29,984 bases of DNA, taken from the NCBI RefSeq assembly GCF_006345805.1, contig NW_021834052.1, positions 1 through 29,984 of the forward strand. The letters are read 5' to 3'. This DNA is from Octopus sinensis. Its lineage: Eukaryota. Shown piece after piece: positions 1 through 11,121 of this stretch (the stretch's first letter is position 1; every line of letters begins with the position of its first letter). The notes under the pieces are model-generated. The model saw only the letters and a program-made list of their open reading frames with translations. It was not told where the DNA came from and ran no database searches. A program made the position numbers and the translations under genes.

Positions 1-473
1 GTAGATCTTAAGTTTTTTGTCAATCCTTTTTCCGTAAAAATTAATGTTTTGCCTTCAAATATTCAAGAAGAAGTTATTGAATTAATAAATTCTTACGAGT
101 CAAAAATCTTATTTGAATCTGCACCATTAATTGAATTTTGGTGTAAAATGACATCAAAATATCACAATATTGGATTTTATATAATCGATTTTTTGCTTTT
201 GTTTCCGACTACATATCTCTGCGAACAAGGATTTTCATCGTTGTTTAATTTAAAATCAGTTCATCGTGCGAGGCTGAATGTTGTTCATGATATTCGGGTG
301 TGTCTTTCGTCAAAGGATCCAGAAATCGATAGATTAGTGATTGATAAACAACACCATCCATCTCATTAATTAAATATTTTTTTTCCTTAATTTTTTAAAA
401 ATCGATAAGGGGTACGCGAAAAATTATTTAGATGGCAAGGGGTACGCAAGGAAAAAAAGTTTGAGAACCACTG
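1..473 (+). mobile_element. 3' end of a hAT (Buster/Charlie-type, ZBED5/SCAND3-like) DNA transposon, inserted into the Tigger element; 5' part lies outside the window
   Basis: ORF 49-369 ends PTTYLCEQGFSSL...RARLNVVHDIRVCLS...HPSH (hAT C-terminal dimerisation region). Terminus gtttgagaaccactg at 459-473 is the reverse complement of CAGTGGTTCTCAAAC. The following ttttaatg fits the NNNTANNN 8-bp target. Confidence 0.88.
49..369 (+). pseudogene. hAT transposase C-terminal fragment
   Basis: FW, PTTYLCEQGFS and terminal HPSH motifs; the N-terminus is outside the window. Confidence 0.85.
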
Positions 474-2815
474 TTTTAATGTCAATTTTTTGTATGAATT
501 GAATACAGAAATATTTTCAGTCTCCAGCAAATCAGTTAAGTACTGTAGCTTTCTTCTCATGAAATAAGTCTTGAAAGTTTTTATAATTCCAATATCCATT
601 GGTTGTAGTAATCCAGTAGAATTTTTAGAAAAAAATAAAATCTTAATACAATCCAAGTTTTGAAGAAAAGAATGTGCAGGACACTGGTCTATTAGCAATA
701 AAATTTTCTTCTTTTTAATTTTAAGCTGGAGATCAAAGCTAATAATCCAATCAATAAAAATAGATCCAGTCATCCAAGCTTTCTGCGAGCTATAATATGA
801 GACAAGACATTCATAGTCAAAATTTCTAAAACATCTAGAGACTTTCGGTTTTCCAATCATCACAGGTTTCAATTTATGACTTCCGTTCATGTTTGAACAA
901 AGCATAATAGACACACGGTCTTTAAAATTTTTGTATCCTTGGAATCGGTTTCAGCATACGCTTTTCGATAGAATAAGTTTGTAGTATAATACAGTTTCAT
1001 CCAAATTATAAATTAGATCAAGCTTATACGATTTAGAAATTTCTTCCTTTAAATTAATGTCAACTTCTCTATCAGTTTGCATCTCTCCATGTAATTTTAG
1101 CATTCTAAAACCGTGTCTCTTTTTGAATTTTGCCGAAAATCCATTAGAATTTTTAAAGTTACTAAGTTGTAACTCTTTGGCAAAATGCGAAGCCTTACAC
1201 CGGGGGTGTCAAAGATACGGCCCCCGGGCCAGAGCTGGCCCGCGGACGATCTCAAATGGCCCGCGGTAAAAGTTTAAAAGTGTATTTAAAATCTAAAATT
1301 ATTGTTTAACACCAAATAAAAATACAAGAATCTAGATTCTAGAATATAAATAAAAAAATTATTACTTAAAAAATAATTAATTGTTTAATAATTTTATTTA
1401 AATGAATAGAGACAAGGTATTAATCAAAAAGAGTTCTTCAAAATAGCTAATTAAGTGTCGGCAGTGGCTGCACCTCGGATTGCAAGCGAGTTACCTCGCA
1501 AGATTGCGATCGATATCCTCTGGTACAGCCAGCCGATTTGGCGGTGGTCCTTCGTGCACTTGTGGATGGATGCACTTCCCGATTTAAATGAATATATTTT
1601 TAGATTTATATTATTCTAATTGTTTTTCTTGTCTTGTGCTGATGCCTTTTTCAACATAACGTAAGGTTGATACAGAATGCAGATATTTTCAAAAAAGTGG
1701 AAACTGGAATATTTATTTGCCGATTTAAATCGGAAACCTACTTGTTTGGTCTGTAGACAAGAAATTTCAGTTGTCAAAGAATATAACATTTGACGACATT
1801 ACCAAACCCACGATAATCATGAATACAATAATTTGATGGGAAAAATTAGAAAAGAGAAGTACGATGCACTACTTGCATGTTTGCGGAATCAGCAATCTTC
1901 TTTTTTCAAATTTCGAGATGATAGTGAGGCAGCTGGTTAAGTCGAGGTTTGTTATTGAAGAGATTTTTCGATTTAAAAGAAGAAATCAAACACATCATGT
2001 TTGCAAAAAACAAACCTTTACCAGAATTGGAATCTCTTGATTGGTTGCTAAACTTGGCATTTTTGGTGGATATTACAGAACACCTGAACACACTTAACAA
2101 AAATTTGCAAGGACGAAATAAAGTTGTTACACAATATTTCGAATGCATACAAGCTTTCACCGTGAAGCTAATGTTATGGAAGACACAATTGACAGTGGGA
2201 AACACTGAGCATTTTTCTTGTTTAAAAAGTGTAATTTCCACCACATCGAATGTTGATATGAGTCGTTATAAAGTGAACATAACAGGATTACTTCAACAGT
2301 TTGAGACACGTTTGTAACTTTTTCGTGAACTTGAAAAAGAATTTACTGTTTTTCGATCACCATTCACTGCAAATATTACACATCTTGCAGCTAACTTACA
2401 ATTGGAAATTATTGATTTGAAATGTGACTCAGAAAAGATGTCAAGTTTCTGGAACATATTTTAATTATAAAAATTAATAAATGTGTTGTTAAATGATTTT
2501 AAATTAAAATTATAAATTAAAAATCATAGTATGAATTTTGTTAAATCAAAAATAAATAGTCTGGCCCGCGGAGCCTAAAATTTTTTTAATCCGGCCCGTG
2601 TAAGGCTTACACGATATTAAGGAATCATTCAAAAAACCACCTAGAAATTAGTTTTCAATTAATACCTTCTGACTCTATTGTATCCATCCATTCAATGAAT
2701 TTTTCTTCAAGCGTAGGAAATTTTGATTTGTGAGCAGCTTTAAACGAATTTTGATAGATTTTCAAATCCCGTAAAATAGAGTCTTTATTAAGTAGTAGAT
2801 TATTGATCGTCTAAA
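474..2815 (-). pseudogene. Decayed pogo/Tigger transposase (CENP-B HTH plus DDE_1), interrupted by hAT insertions at 1201-2597 and 1-473
   Basis: Minus strand reads ESEG|GFLNDSLISCK across a 25-nt intron (2641-2665), then after the hAT insertion ASHFAKELQLSNFKNSNGFSAKFKKRHG...IYNLDET...KDRVSIMLCSNMNGSHKLKP...KAWMT...LLLIDQCPAH...LQPMDIGII. Stops and frameshifts present. Confidence 0.88.
1201..2597 (+). mobile_element. Internally deleted SPIN/GTF2IRD2-like hAT element, right TIR lost
   Basis: Starts cgggggtgtcaaa (CAGGGGTGTCAAA-like) after ccttacac (1193-1200). ggcccg subterminal motifs at both ends. Remnants RKVDTECRYFQKKW..KPTCLVC..KEYNI*RHYQTH (~1642-1812) and LKRFFDLKEEI..LAFLVDITEHLNTLNKNLQG (1949-2317). 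Confidence 0.85.
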
Positions 2816-2823
2816 TAAAAAAA

Positions 2824-3243
2824 TTAATTCAAAAATTGTGGCCAATTTGAGGAGTTCCCTAGCGGCATTGTCAAAACTTTGAGGAGGGTTTTGTGAAAAA
2901 CTATTAAATTGATTATGTTTATCAAAGACTCTTTTTGTACTATTATCAATCCCTTCACATCTACAACTTGTTCACTTGTGAAGCCGTAATTAGCCAAGAA
3001 ATACGCCTTTATGGTTGCAAAATGACTAGCTCGCGTTTTTTCCGTATGCAAGATCGCGTAGATTTTGTTTGATATTCTGGCATCAGACACCAGGAGGTTA
3101 TCATGCATCTTTAGGAAATTACGCTCATTTAAATGGGCGACTTCAAAGAACCCCTTTCCGAACGAAGCAGGCAGTAGATACAATCTTTTTTTATTGACTG
3201 TCAGCAAATAGACATGTTTTTCCCTTATTACTCTACGGATCAT
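2824..3243 (-). CDS. 139-aa ORF of unknown function
   Basis: ATG-initiated open frame with protein-like composition in AT-rich DNA; no motif recognised. Confidence 0.3.
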   Translation of the reverse strand: MIRRVIREKHVYLLTVNKKRLYLLPASFGKGFFEVAHLNERNFLKMHDNLLVSDARISNKIYAILHTEKTRASHFATIKAYFLANYGFTSEQVVDVKGLIIVQKESLINIINLIVFHKTLLKVLTMPLGNSSNWPQFLN

Positions 3244-3471
3244 AAAATCTATATCAGTGTAGTAATGTATAGCTCAAACTCCACAATACCAACATAATAA
3301 TTTCTATCTTGTGATGTCGCATTATAATATTTTTCTTAATTCAATCCTTATCCAATCCTTATTAAATTATTATCTTCTGTCACAGCCCGAATAAAATACA
3401 CGCCGAATAATCTACACTTGTCACAAATGGCCGAAAAAAATAGAAATTTAAAAAATTAGTCTGACATAATA

Positions 3472-5433
3472 GAATAGAATTTATTGACCGAAAAGAAAAA
3501 CAAGGAAGAAATCATTAACGGGGAGATAAAAACAAGGCACCGAAGTGTCTCTTTCCATGCGTATCCCCAATTGTAGTCATAGTTGACAACAATTCTCCAA
3601 GACCATCCGGATCGTGGACACAGAGGATTTTTGTTAGTCTTTTAACCTTCCGTCAAGTTGTACTCCGTAAGCAAATTTCATAGCGAAACGTCTTGTCTTT
3701 TCCAACTGTTCGATCAGGTAGTCACTCTCCTCTGTACCATACCAGCCCTCGTAGCCATATGTGAGGACTGGCTGCACACACGTTTTGTATACGTAGATGT
3801 ACGTTTCCGAATCCAGATGAAACCTGGTTAAGCTTTTGAGAATTCGCACACTCCTCTTTCTCTGATTTGCTATATGATCTGCGTACGAGCCACGACAGTT
3901 GATGGTTGCTCCCAGGTAATAAAGATTTTTGCTTTTCGAGAGATCCATCACATAACTACTCATCGCATATGCACACGACTCCGCATAGCGACTCCCTCTC
4001 CGCAACCATGAAATGGTGCCCTTCTCCGGTGCTAGGGTCAAACCCTTCTCTATAGTCCACATCTTTAGCGTTGCAATGTATGATTTAAGTCGTCTCCAAG
4101 ACTGCGATATCCTTTTCGAGGTATCCATGACCAGGATATCGTCAGCATAGATGACGAGCTTGCCAGTACGTGTCGACGGCAGAGGAATGTCCGCCAAGAA
4201 GAGGTTGAACAGAAGTGGACTCAAGATAGATCCCTTCGGGACTCCCCTTCTAAGTTCCACACACCCCGATAGGCGGTTTCCACAGCGGACAAATGATTGT
4301 CTTCCTGACAAGAACCTCTCCAGCCATCGATAGATCTTTATCCCGGCTCCGGTGTCATGGACTCTGGGGAGTAGGCCCAGGTGCCACACGCTATCGAAGG
4401 CTTTGGCCAGGTCTAGATACACCACAGTTAGCCATGCTTTATTTCTGTCAGCTCGAGATAATTGGTGCTCTAACTCTCTGAGGCAGTCCCCTGTGGATCT
4501 TCCTTCACGAAATCCCCATTGTTCGGGTAAAAGCAAATTTTGTGATTCTATATGACCAGAGAATCTGTTAAAGACAATCTTTTCCATTGTCTTAGAGAAG
4601 TAGTTCTCTGCTAGCAGTGTCGATTTACCAGATTTTGGAATCATTCGAACAATCGTATGCTTCCACGCCGATGGAAGGTGTCCGAACGTCCAGCTGGCGT
4701 GAAACAACATAGTCAGTGCTTTTATCAAGATTTCAGGGGCCTTCTTTAACAACATCTGAGGGATGTAGTCGAAGCCAGGCGCTTTGTTTTTCAACCCAGC
4801 AATTGCATTTTCAACCTCTTCCTGTGTTATCGCCCCACATAATGGTCCCTCCGATAATTGCGAAGGACCAAGCTTCTTCACAATTTGGTCATAAGTCCCT
4901 CGTGGAACGGTAGATTCGACCTCTTGAACCTGACAGAGTTGGTTCCTGAGTACTTCCGGGATACGATCAGAGGAGATATATTTCCCGTCTGGTTCTTTTA
5001 GTGAAATTTCAAATCCTTTGGGATCATTTCTGGTAAGGCATTGATATGCTTTCTAGAAATTAAGGTTTTGCTTATCCAGTTTTCTGCATTCAGACCTCCA
5101 TTTACTTTCGACCTCAGTCTTGGCAATTTTTGCAATAGTAGATTTTATCTTGTCGATCTCCAATTCCAGGCGGCATTTAATTGACTCAACCCGACATCTT
5201 TTCCTGCGATTTTCCAGAGTACCTTTCGTTCTGATCAGAATGACAAGTTTCGAATTCATCCGCTTTTGAGTTCCTTTAGGTTTCCATACATTTTTTAATG
5301 CATAAACATCCATGAATTTTATGATTGACGATCTAAGGTGATCATCGAGATTGTCAATATCATCTCTGCCTCTCAGAGGCTGGAACACAACATTTCGAAG
5401 AGAATCCCGCATATATGATTCGAATAAATAATT
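3472..5433 (-). mobile_element. 5'-truncated non-LTR retrotransposon (LINE; Jockey/I/CR1-like RT, clade not resolved)
   Basis: RT remnants plus a 3' tail AATAAATTCTATTCTA on the minus strand. 13-bp direct repeat GTCTGACATAATA at 3459-3471 and 5434-5446 is the TSD. Confidence 0.88.
3634..4881 (-). pseudogene. LINE reverse transcriptase (degenerate ORF2 fragment)
   Basis: KAPGFD, WK..IVRMIPKSGK, QWGFREGRST, YLDLAKAFDSV, GVPKGSILSPLLFN, YADD. The conserved RPISLL after 'ENY' is deleted, and the upstream part (5053-5433) is disrupted. Confidence 0.88.
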
Positions 5434-6142
5434 GTCTGACATAATAAATAATTGATTATTTATTGTCACCGTTCGCTGAATGGACCACGCCGTTGAGTAG
5501 ACCGACAACTTTTTATTAAAATAAAAATGTAATTTTTATGAAATAGATGACAATCGAATTATTTTAAGTTAATAGATAATATTATGTCACAGTCCGATAA
5601 AGAAACACGCCGTTAATGAAACGCCAACATCAAATTGACAAAAAATCATATCGAAAAAAAGATAAATTAATACAAATCGTCATTGGAAATGATTAATTAG
5701 TTATAAATTTTAATAAAATCCGTTTTTTAAAGTTTAAATAAAGAAGCGTGAAAGTATGCGGATAGTGAGACTAACTAATGAAATTCTCAGTATTATACAA
5801 AATATCAAAGAATAAAATTCAGAAATTAGAATTTCCTGATAGCATGAGCTGCCTCGACAGGTTCAGAATCAGGAAACTCTCTGAATCTGTTACATTCGAA
5901 AATGGAGTTGTATTCTACAATAGAACTGGTCTATAATTGCGTTTTTTGCGAGGTTGAAATGGAGCTGAAGCTCAAATTTGTTGAAGTTAAAATTTATTTC
6001 AATATAATTTAGGCGGAACATAATCTTAATCACTTTGGACGGGACCGCTTATTTTCATAGCTAAGAAGATTGATTTGTAGGTACAAGGTCAAGTGGAGAG
6101 GTTGTATTTTAATTATTTTCTTAATTAGATTTAACCAAAGTA

Positions 6143-7154
6143 CAGTATAACCTCCATTTGGGGCATCAATTTTGAAAAATTGCCCCAAAAATAGAGGTTT
6201 CCCCAAAAATGGAGGTCTGAAATTTTCTTTATTTTTATAAAAATTTTAATAGTTTTAGCATATTTTTCATTAATTTATAAATAAATAAAGTATTTTTAAG
6301 AACATTTAAACATGTTTTCCACTAATTTTATTGATAATTAGAGTATTTTTCAAGTAGAAAAAATTTTTTATTCTATTACACGAAAATAATCTGTTATTTT
6401 GTTTCCTGTTGCAGATTTCTTCATATGTATGCCCAATAACATATCAAGCGAAGAAACATCGGAAGAGTTTTTCTCTCCACTAATTGTCTTAAATGACAAC
6501 ATATGTCTTTTCTTAAATTTTTCCAACCAGCCATTGGACCCTTTGAACGCCGAATAATTCAACATCCTTGCTACTTTGGAAGCAATATTTTTTAAAAGAG
6601 GACCGGACACAGGAATAAATTCTTCCCTTGTCTTGGTGAAAGCCTCAAAAACAATTTTATCCAATTTTTGGGATAAAGTATGAGGAGAGCGTTGAATATT
6701 TCTGGGAAAATCTGTTTGAACAGCCCCAGTATTAAAAAAATTGAGATAATTTTTTTTAATACGTGACACAGCGCCTAAAAACTTACATTAATAAAAAACC
6801 TTTACTAATTTTGTACTTATCTACAATATCTCGTTCAGTAAGATGTTTATTTTCACTTAATTCCTTGGCAATTTTGATCTTTAACTCAAGACTAAGCTTA
6901 CGAGCCATAACAACAAGAATACAAAAATTACACGAGGCTTCCAAATGAAATTTTATATAATTAATTTTAATTTTAATAGCAAATATGTATATAAATTAAA
7001 AATCCTGTGCCCCACTTAGAGGTTCCGGTAATTTCTAAATTTGGAAATTACCGCATAAAAATTATATCCTTTTCAAACTACCCCAAAAATAGAGGTTTCC
7101 CCAAAAATAGAGGTTCCCCAAGCCAGAGGTCTGCCCCAAATGGAGGTTATACTG
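6143..7154 (-). mobile_element. Internally deleted pogo/Tigger element
   Basis: Perfect 23-bp TIRs CAGTATAACCTCCATTTGGGGCA with TA duplication (6141-6142, 7155-7156). Subterminal ccccaaaaat(a/g)gagg repeats near both ends. Removing it restores the integrase frame NQSIKRW. Confidence 0.93.
6368..6908 (-). CDS. Spliced 171-aa truncated Tigger transposase: HTH_psq plus CENP-B HTH, no DDE domain
   Basis: Exon 1 6908-6800 (MARKLSLELKIKIA...YKISK), 25-nt GT-AG intron 6799-6775, exon 2 GAVSRIKKN...PVSGPLLK...FKGSNGWLEKFKKRH...ISGE...KITDYF; open throughout. Confidence 0.7.
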
Positions 7155-7366
7155 TATAAAGCGATGGATCTCATCTACTAGCGCCTCAAATGAATTTTTT
7201 GGAAGATACGTTGCATGCATTAAGGATATTGTTTTCGACTACAACAATATAGTGCACTCGACGACGAAGATAGTCCCTTTCTATGGAAAATCCAGTGAAT
7301 ATTGAGAATGACAAAATGGAAGGCGTAATATATTATGCAGGAAATTTAAGTTATTACATCTTTTTT

Positions 7367-7391
7367 ACCCTAACCCTAACCTAACCCTTAA
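7367..7391 (-). repeat. Short telomere-like tract (TTAGGG/TTAGG on the minus strand)
   Basis: accctaaccctaacctaacccttaa. Confidence 0.6.
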
Positions 7392-7873
7392 ATCAACAAG
7401 ATCTACGATGTATCGGTCTCTCGGTGCATAAGCAATGATAGGCGTAATTATAGGTTTGGTAGCAAGCATTCTTTTAGACTAATCTTGTTAAAAAAAATAA
7501 ATAACCTGACAATAAACGCATTTAAATACCACAGTGGAAACTTCACTACGTCTTGCACCATAAATCGTCAGTGACCATAAACAATATAATTTATCCCGTC
7601 CAAAAAGGTTTAAATTGTGTTGAGCCTAATTTAAATCAGGAAATATCAAACTTCAATGTATTTGAGCTTTAATTCAGCTTCCTCGATACAAAAGAATCGC
7701 AACTCTCGACCATTTTTAGCAATGTAGGCTGTGGAATTCTTGAAAGTGAAACTTTCAGCATATCGCTTGATTTTTGCCCTTTCCCTCCAGTCGATGCATT
7801 CATCTAGTAGTTTGGATTCACTGAAATTCTTAATTTTTTGAATTGTTTCAAGTGTTAATTCCACGAGAACCAT
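7389..7873 (-). pseudogene. N-terminal half of a Ginger-like integrase, paralogous to 5756-6050 and truncated just after the first catalytic Asp
   Basis: MVLVELT...ELKLKYIE|AQHNLNLFGRDKL...KCVYCQ|SKRMLATKPIITPIIAYAPRDRYIVDLVD with introns 7651-7626 (26 nt) and 7505-7479 (27 nt). Its probable 5' TIR is at 11122-11164, beyond the CRE insertion. Confidence 0.78.
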
Positions 7874-7922
7874 TTTTATAATTAATATTTAAATTAAAAT
7901 TATATAATAAGTTTTATTTTTT

Positions 7923-10900
7923 GGGGATGAAGAAAATAATACACGTTGTTGTTGTTGTGGTGTAATTTTTTTCAATTTATCTGTTATTTTTCATATCTTT
8001 TGTATAATTTAATACATTATCGAGTTGTCTTAGTTGTTACTATTTCTTTCGTCGGTATTTCTGTTATCTTTCTTAATACTTTTTTCCTATTTTTACATGT
8101 CATCCCTTTTCCACGATCCATTACCATGTGGTAAATGCAGTAAAATTAACTGCCGCAAAAACGGCATCTACTGCGCCAAATGCCATGCTTACTTCCATAT
8201 TGGATGTCTCAAGATTTCGAAGAAATCTGCTTCCAGCATCCCAATATGGCACTGTAACTCTTGCCTGGCAGCTTCCTCATTCCACGACACACCCACATTG
8301 TTTGAGAGTTCCCATGATCAATCTCCCAATATACTAACTTCATCGAACGCAATACTATCTTATCTATCAAGATATCGTCATTCGAGAAGCATCCCTATCC
8401 GTTTACCGAAACCAGCTCGTCCAGCAGCTGCGGAGGCCTTGTCTCATCTGATATCCAGAGCTATGTCCTCAAACAGGGACGAGGATTGGGCAAAAGCGTT
8501 CTACTTCCCCTTTTTCGGACTTGGCCTGACCCGTGGAGATAAATTGCCCGGGAATTTTACTTTCAAACTTAAAAGATCTATTTCTTCTTACCTCCCCTTT
8601 TCCATCGACACATTAATATCTCAGGAAAGCCACTCACTGTCAAAACCAAGACTAAACCACAACGAAAACCTACGCAAGAGAGTACGTTCCAAGTTAATGT
8701 CGGGCGACTTCTCGGCCGCCTTGAAAATAATTTCCTCAGACGATAAAGTTGCGAGGGTTGACGAACAAACATTACAGTCCCTCCTAGCAAAACATCCCAC
8801 TCCATCTTCTCCTACAACAGTACCAACACCAAGATCATGATTTTGTGCATGTGATAAAGACGAAGGGTTGAGAGCCCTGAAGTCTTTTCGCCCTAGTAGC
8901 AGCGGTGGAATCGATGGCCTCCGTCCAAGTCATATCATGGATCTGGTCTCCCCTTTAGCTTCCGCAGCCGGAGAACGTCTTTTGACGGATATTTGTGGTC
9001 TAATGAACGCATTCCTCGAAGGGTCTCTGTCTGATTACCCACGCTCCCTTTTTCTCTCGGGTAACCTGACCGCGCTGAATAAAAAGGACGGTGGAATCCG
9101 TCCCATATCCGTCGGTAATGTTTTCAGGAGACTGGCGGCTAAGATCGCTTGCGCCAGGTCTTCACATCTGTTTCCGAAAATTTTCCATAACATACAGATG
9201 GGTGTCGGTGTTAAAGGTGGCTGCGAAGCCACTGTCCACGCCGTGAGTGATTTTACAGAGTTTTCACACTCGGCTTATAACGACTGTATTCTTGCTAAAT
9301 TGGACATGAAAAATGCTTTTAATTGCATCGATCGCTCATACTTCCTTAAAGAATGCAGCAAACATAACATTCCATTACTCCCGATGGCCAGCATGTGCTA
9401 CGGTTGCACACCTGAACTAATGATAGACGGACACACGATCTTGTCCTCCTCTGGGGTCCAACAAGGTGACCCCCTTGGTCCATTACTCTTCTCCATGCGC
9501 GTTAACCCAACAGCACACGCCGTAAAATCACCGCTCAACGTTTGGTATCTGGATGACATTACTATTGCTCACCAAGTCATCTTGGATATCGAATCAATCG
9601 CTGTAAGTCTGAACAAAATTGGATTACAGTTGAACCCTTCAAAGTGTGAGATCATAAACCTCAACGCCAACGAGGAAGATTTCGCGACTATAGTGGAAAA
9701 ATATCACTCAGTCTTACCGGGTGGTATTATAACCAGGAAAGGGTCGCTTGAAGTCTTAGGATCTCCCATTTCTCTGAAGGAATCGAGAAAATACTGTCCG
9801 GAAAATTATCCACTTTTGAGTTTATGTCAAGCAGGCTATCCGTCCTGGACGCTCACGAAGGGTTTTTCTTGTTGAAAAACTTCATATCACTCCCCAAGCT
9901 ACAACACGTTCTCCGGTCTGCCCCCTGCTTTATAAACCCTGAACTTCTCAAAGAACTGGAAACAGGGCTGAAACACAGTGCCGAAAATCTCTGCAACATT
10001 CGTTTTGACGAAGCCTCGTGGACCCAAGCCACGCTTCCAATACGATTTGGAGGCATTGGTCTCCGCTCCCCAGCAGATATTGCATTACCCGCTTTCCTCT
10101 CTTCTCGATTGTCGTGTGACTCACTGGTGGTTGCTGTTCTCCCCCTTTCCACTGAACGTAACGCATCCTCCTGGTATCAGATGGCAATCGAAATTTGGTC
10201 GAACAAAGGCCTCAAGACACCTGCTAACTCATTCTCACAGAGATGTTGGGACGACCTGTACTTTATGTCAATTTACCACCACTTGGAAAAGGTCTCTGAT
10301 CAATCTCGACTTGCATGCCTTAGAAGCGCTTCACAAAAACAATCCGGAGCGTGGCTCAATGCATGTCCTATCCCTTCAGTCGGAAACAAACTGGACGACG
10401 AGACATTGCGAATTGCAATCTCCTTACGCCTTTGCATGAAGATCTGTCGTCAGCACCGCTGTAGTTGCGGGGCTTCCGTTGACGAATTCGGACGGCACGC
10501 TCTCTCATGCAGACGCAGTGCAGGACGGTTTCCAAGACATCATGCAATGAACCTAATTGTCAAGAACGCTTTGCATGCAGCTGGTTTCCCGGCACAGCTG
10601 GAGCCTCCTGGTCTCATCCGCACAGACGGAAAAAGGCCTGATGGGGTAACAATTTTCCCGTACACCAACGGGAAGTGCCTTGTCTGGGACTGCGCCTGCA
10701 CCGACACCTTCTCAGAGACAAACCTGATCGCCTCAGCCTCCTCTCCAGGATATGCTTCACAGAACTACGAAAAAATTAAAAAATTAAAATATTCAGAGCT
10801 CAAGGACAGGTTCATAGTGCAACCGATTATTGTGGATTCATCTGGAGTCTTCGGTCCGGATTCAATCTCTTTCATTAGGAAACTTGGATCCCTGATCTCG

Positions 10901-11037
10901 GCTCAGACGAAAGATAGGAGACCGAATGGCTGATCCAACGCCTTTCAACGACCGTTGTCAGGGGCAATAGCCACGCTATCCTTTCTGCTCTTAAGCAACC
11001 TTAATTAAATTATATTTTCTTTTATTTCGTTTTCAAT
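7923..11037 (+). mobile_element. Near full-length CRE-like non-LTR retrotransposon (PHD finger, RT, restriction-like endonuclease)
   Basis: Domain order and motifs as in the ORF entry. Candidate 18-bp TSD TAATAA(G/A)TTTTATTTTTT at 7905-7922 and 11038-11055 (low complexity, so boundaries are less certain). Confidence 0.87.
8097..11004 (+). pseudogene. Single PHD-RT-RLE ORF broken by one in-frame stop (8838-8840) and frameshifts near 9770 and 10918
   Basis: PHD CGKC..CAKC...FHIGC...WHCNSC. RT GGIDGLRP, KKDGGIRPISVG, LDMKNAFN, GVQQGDPLGPLLF, WYLDD, GGIGL. CCHC CSCG..GRHALSC, then RH, RPDG, WD, EKIKKLKY. C-terminal WLIQRLSTTVVRGNSHAI in the shifted frame, stop 11002-11004. Confidence 0.9.
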
Positions 11038-11121
11038 TAATAAATTTTATTTTTTTATTATTAATAATTTTTTCCAATGAAAAGTTTTCTAAAAAATATA
11101 TTTTTTTTGCATTTTAAGCAT

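Larger units (their letters stand above)
5585..7360 (+). mobile_element. Ginger-like integrase DNA transposon remnant, interrupted by Tigger 6143-7154
   Basis: TGTCACAGTCC start. ATG 5756 MRIVRLTNE...; ELKLKFVE|AEHNLNHFGRDRL across intron 5986-6012; QGQVER|FNQS across intron 6101-6128; resumes IKRWISS...YNNIVHSTTKIVPF after the Tigger. Right boundary uncertain. Confidence 0.72.

Noticed and set aside
387-473. C-terminus of ORF 387-914 (QWFSNFFSLRTP...)
   Set aside because: Read-through into the hAT TIR, not Tigger protein.
4151-4913. Short plus-strand ORFs over the LINE, and similar ones over the CRE and hAT elements
   Set aside because: They are antisense or alternate-frame shadows of TE coding sequence.
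5434-5508. N-terminus of ORF 5053-5508 as the LINE start
   Set aside because: It lies in and beyond the TSD, so it is flanking DNA.
8838-8840. Programmed readthrough or recoding in the CRE ORF
   Set aside because: Two further frameshifts and a deletion after WYLDDITIA indicate ordinary decay.
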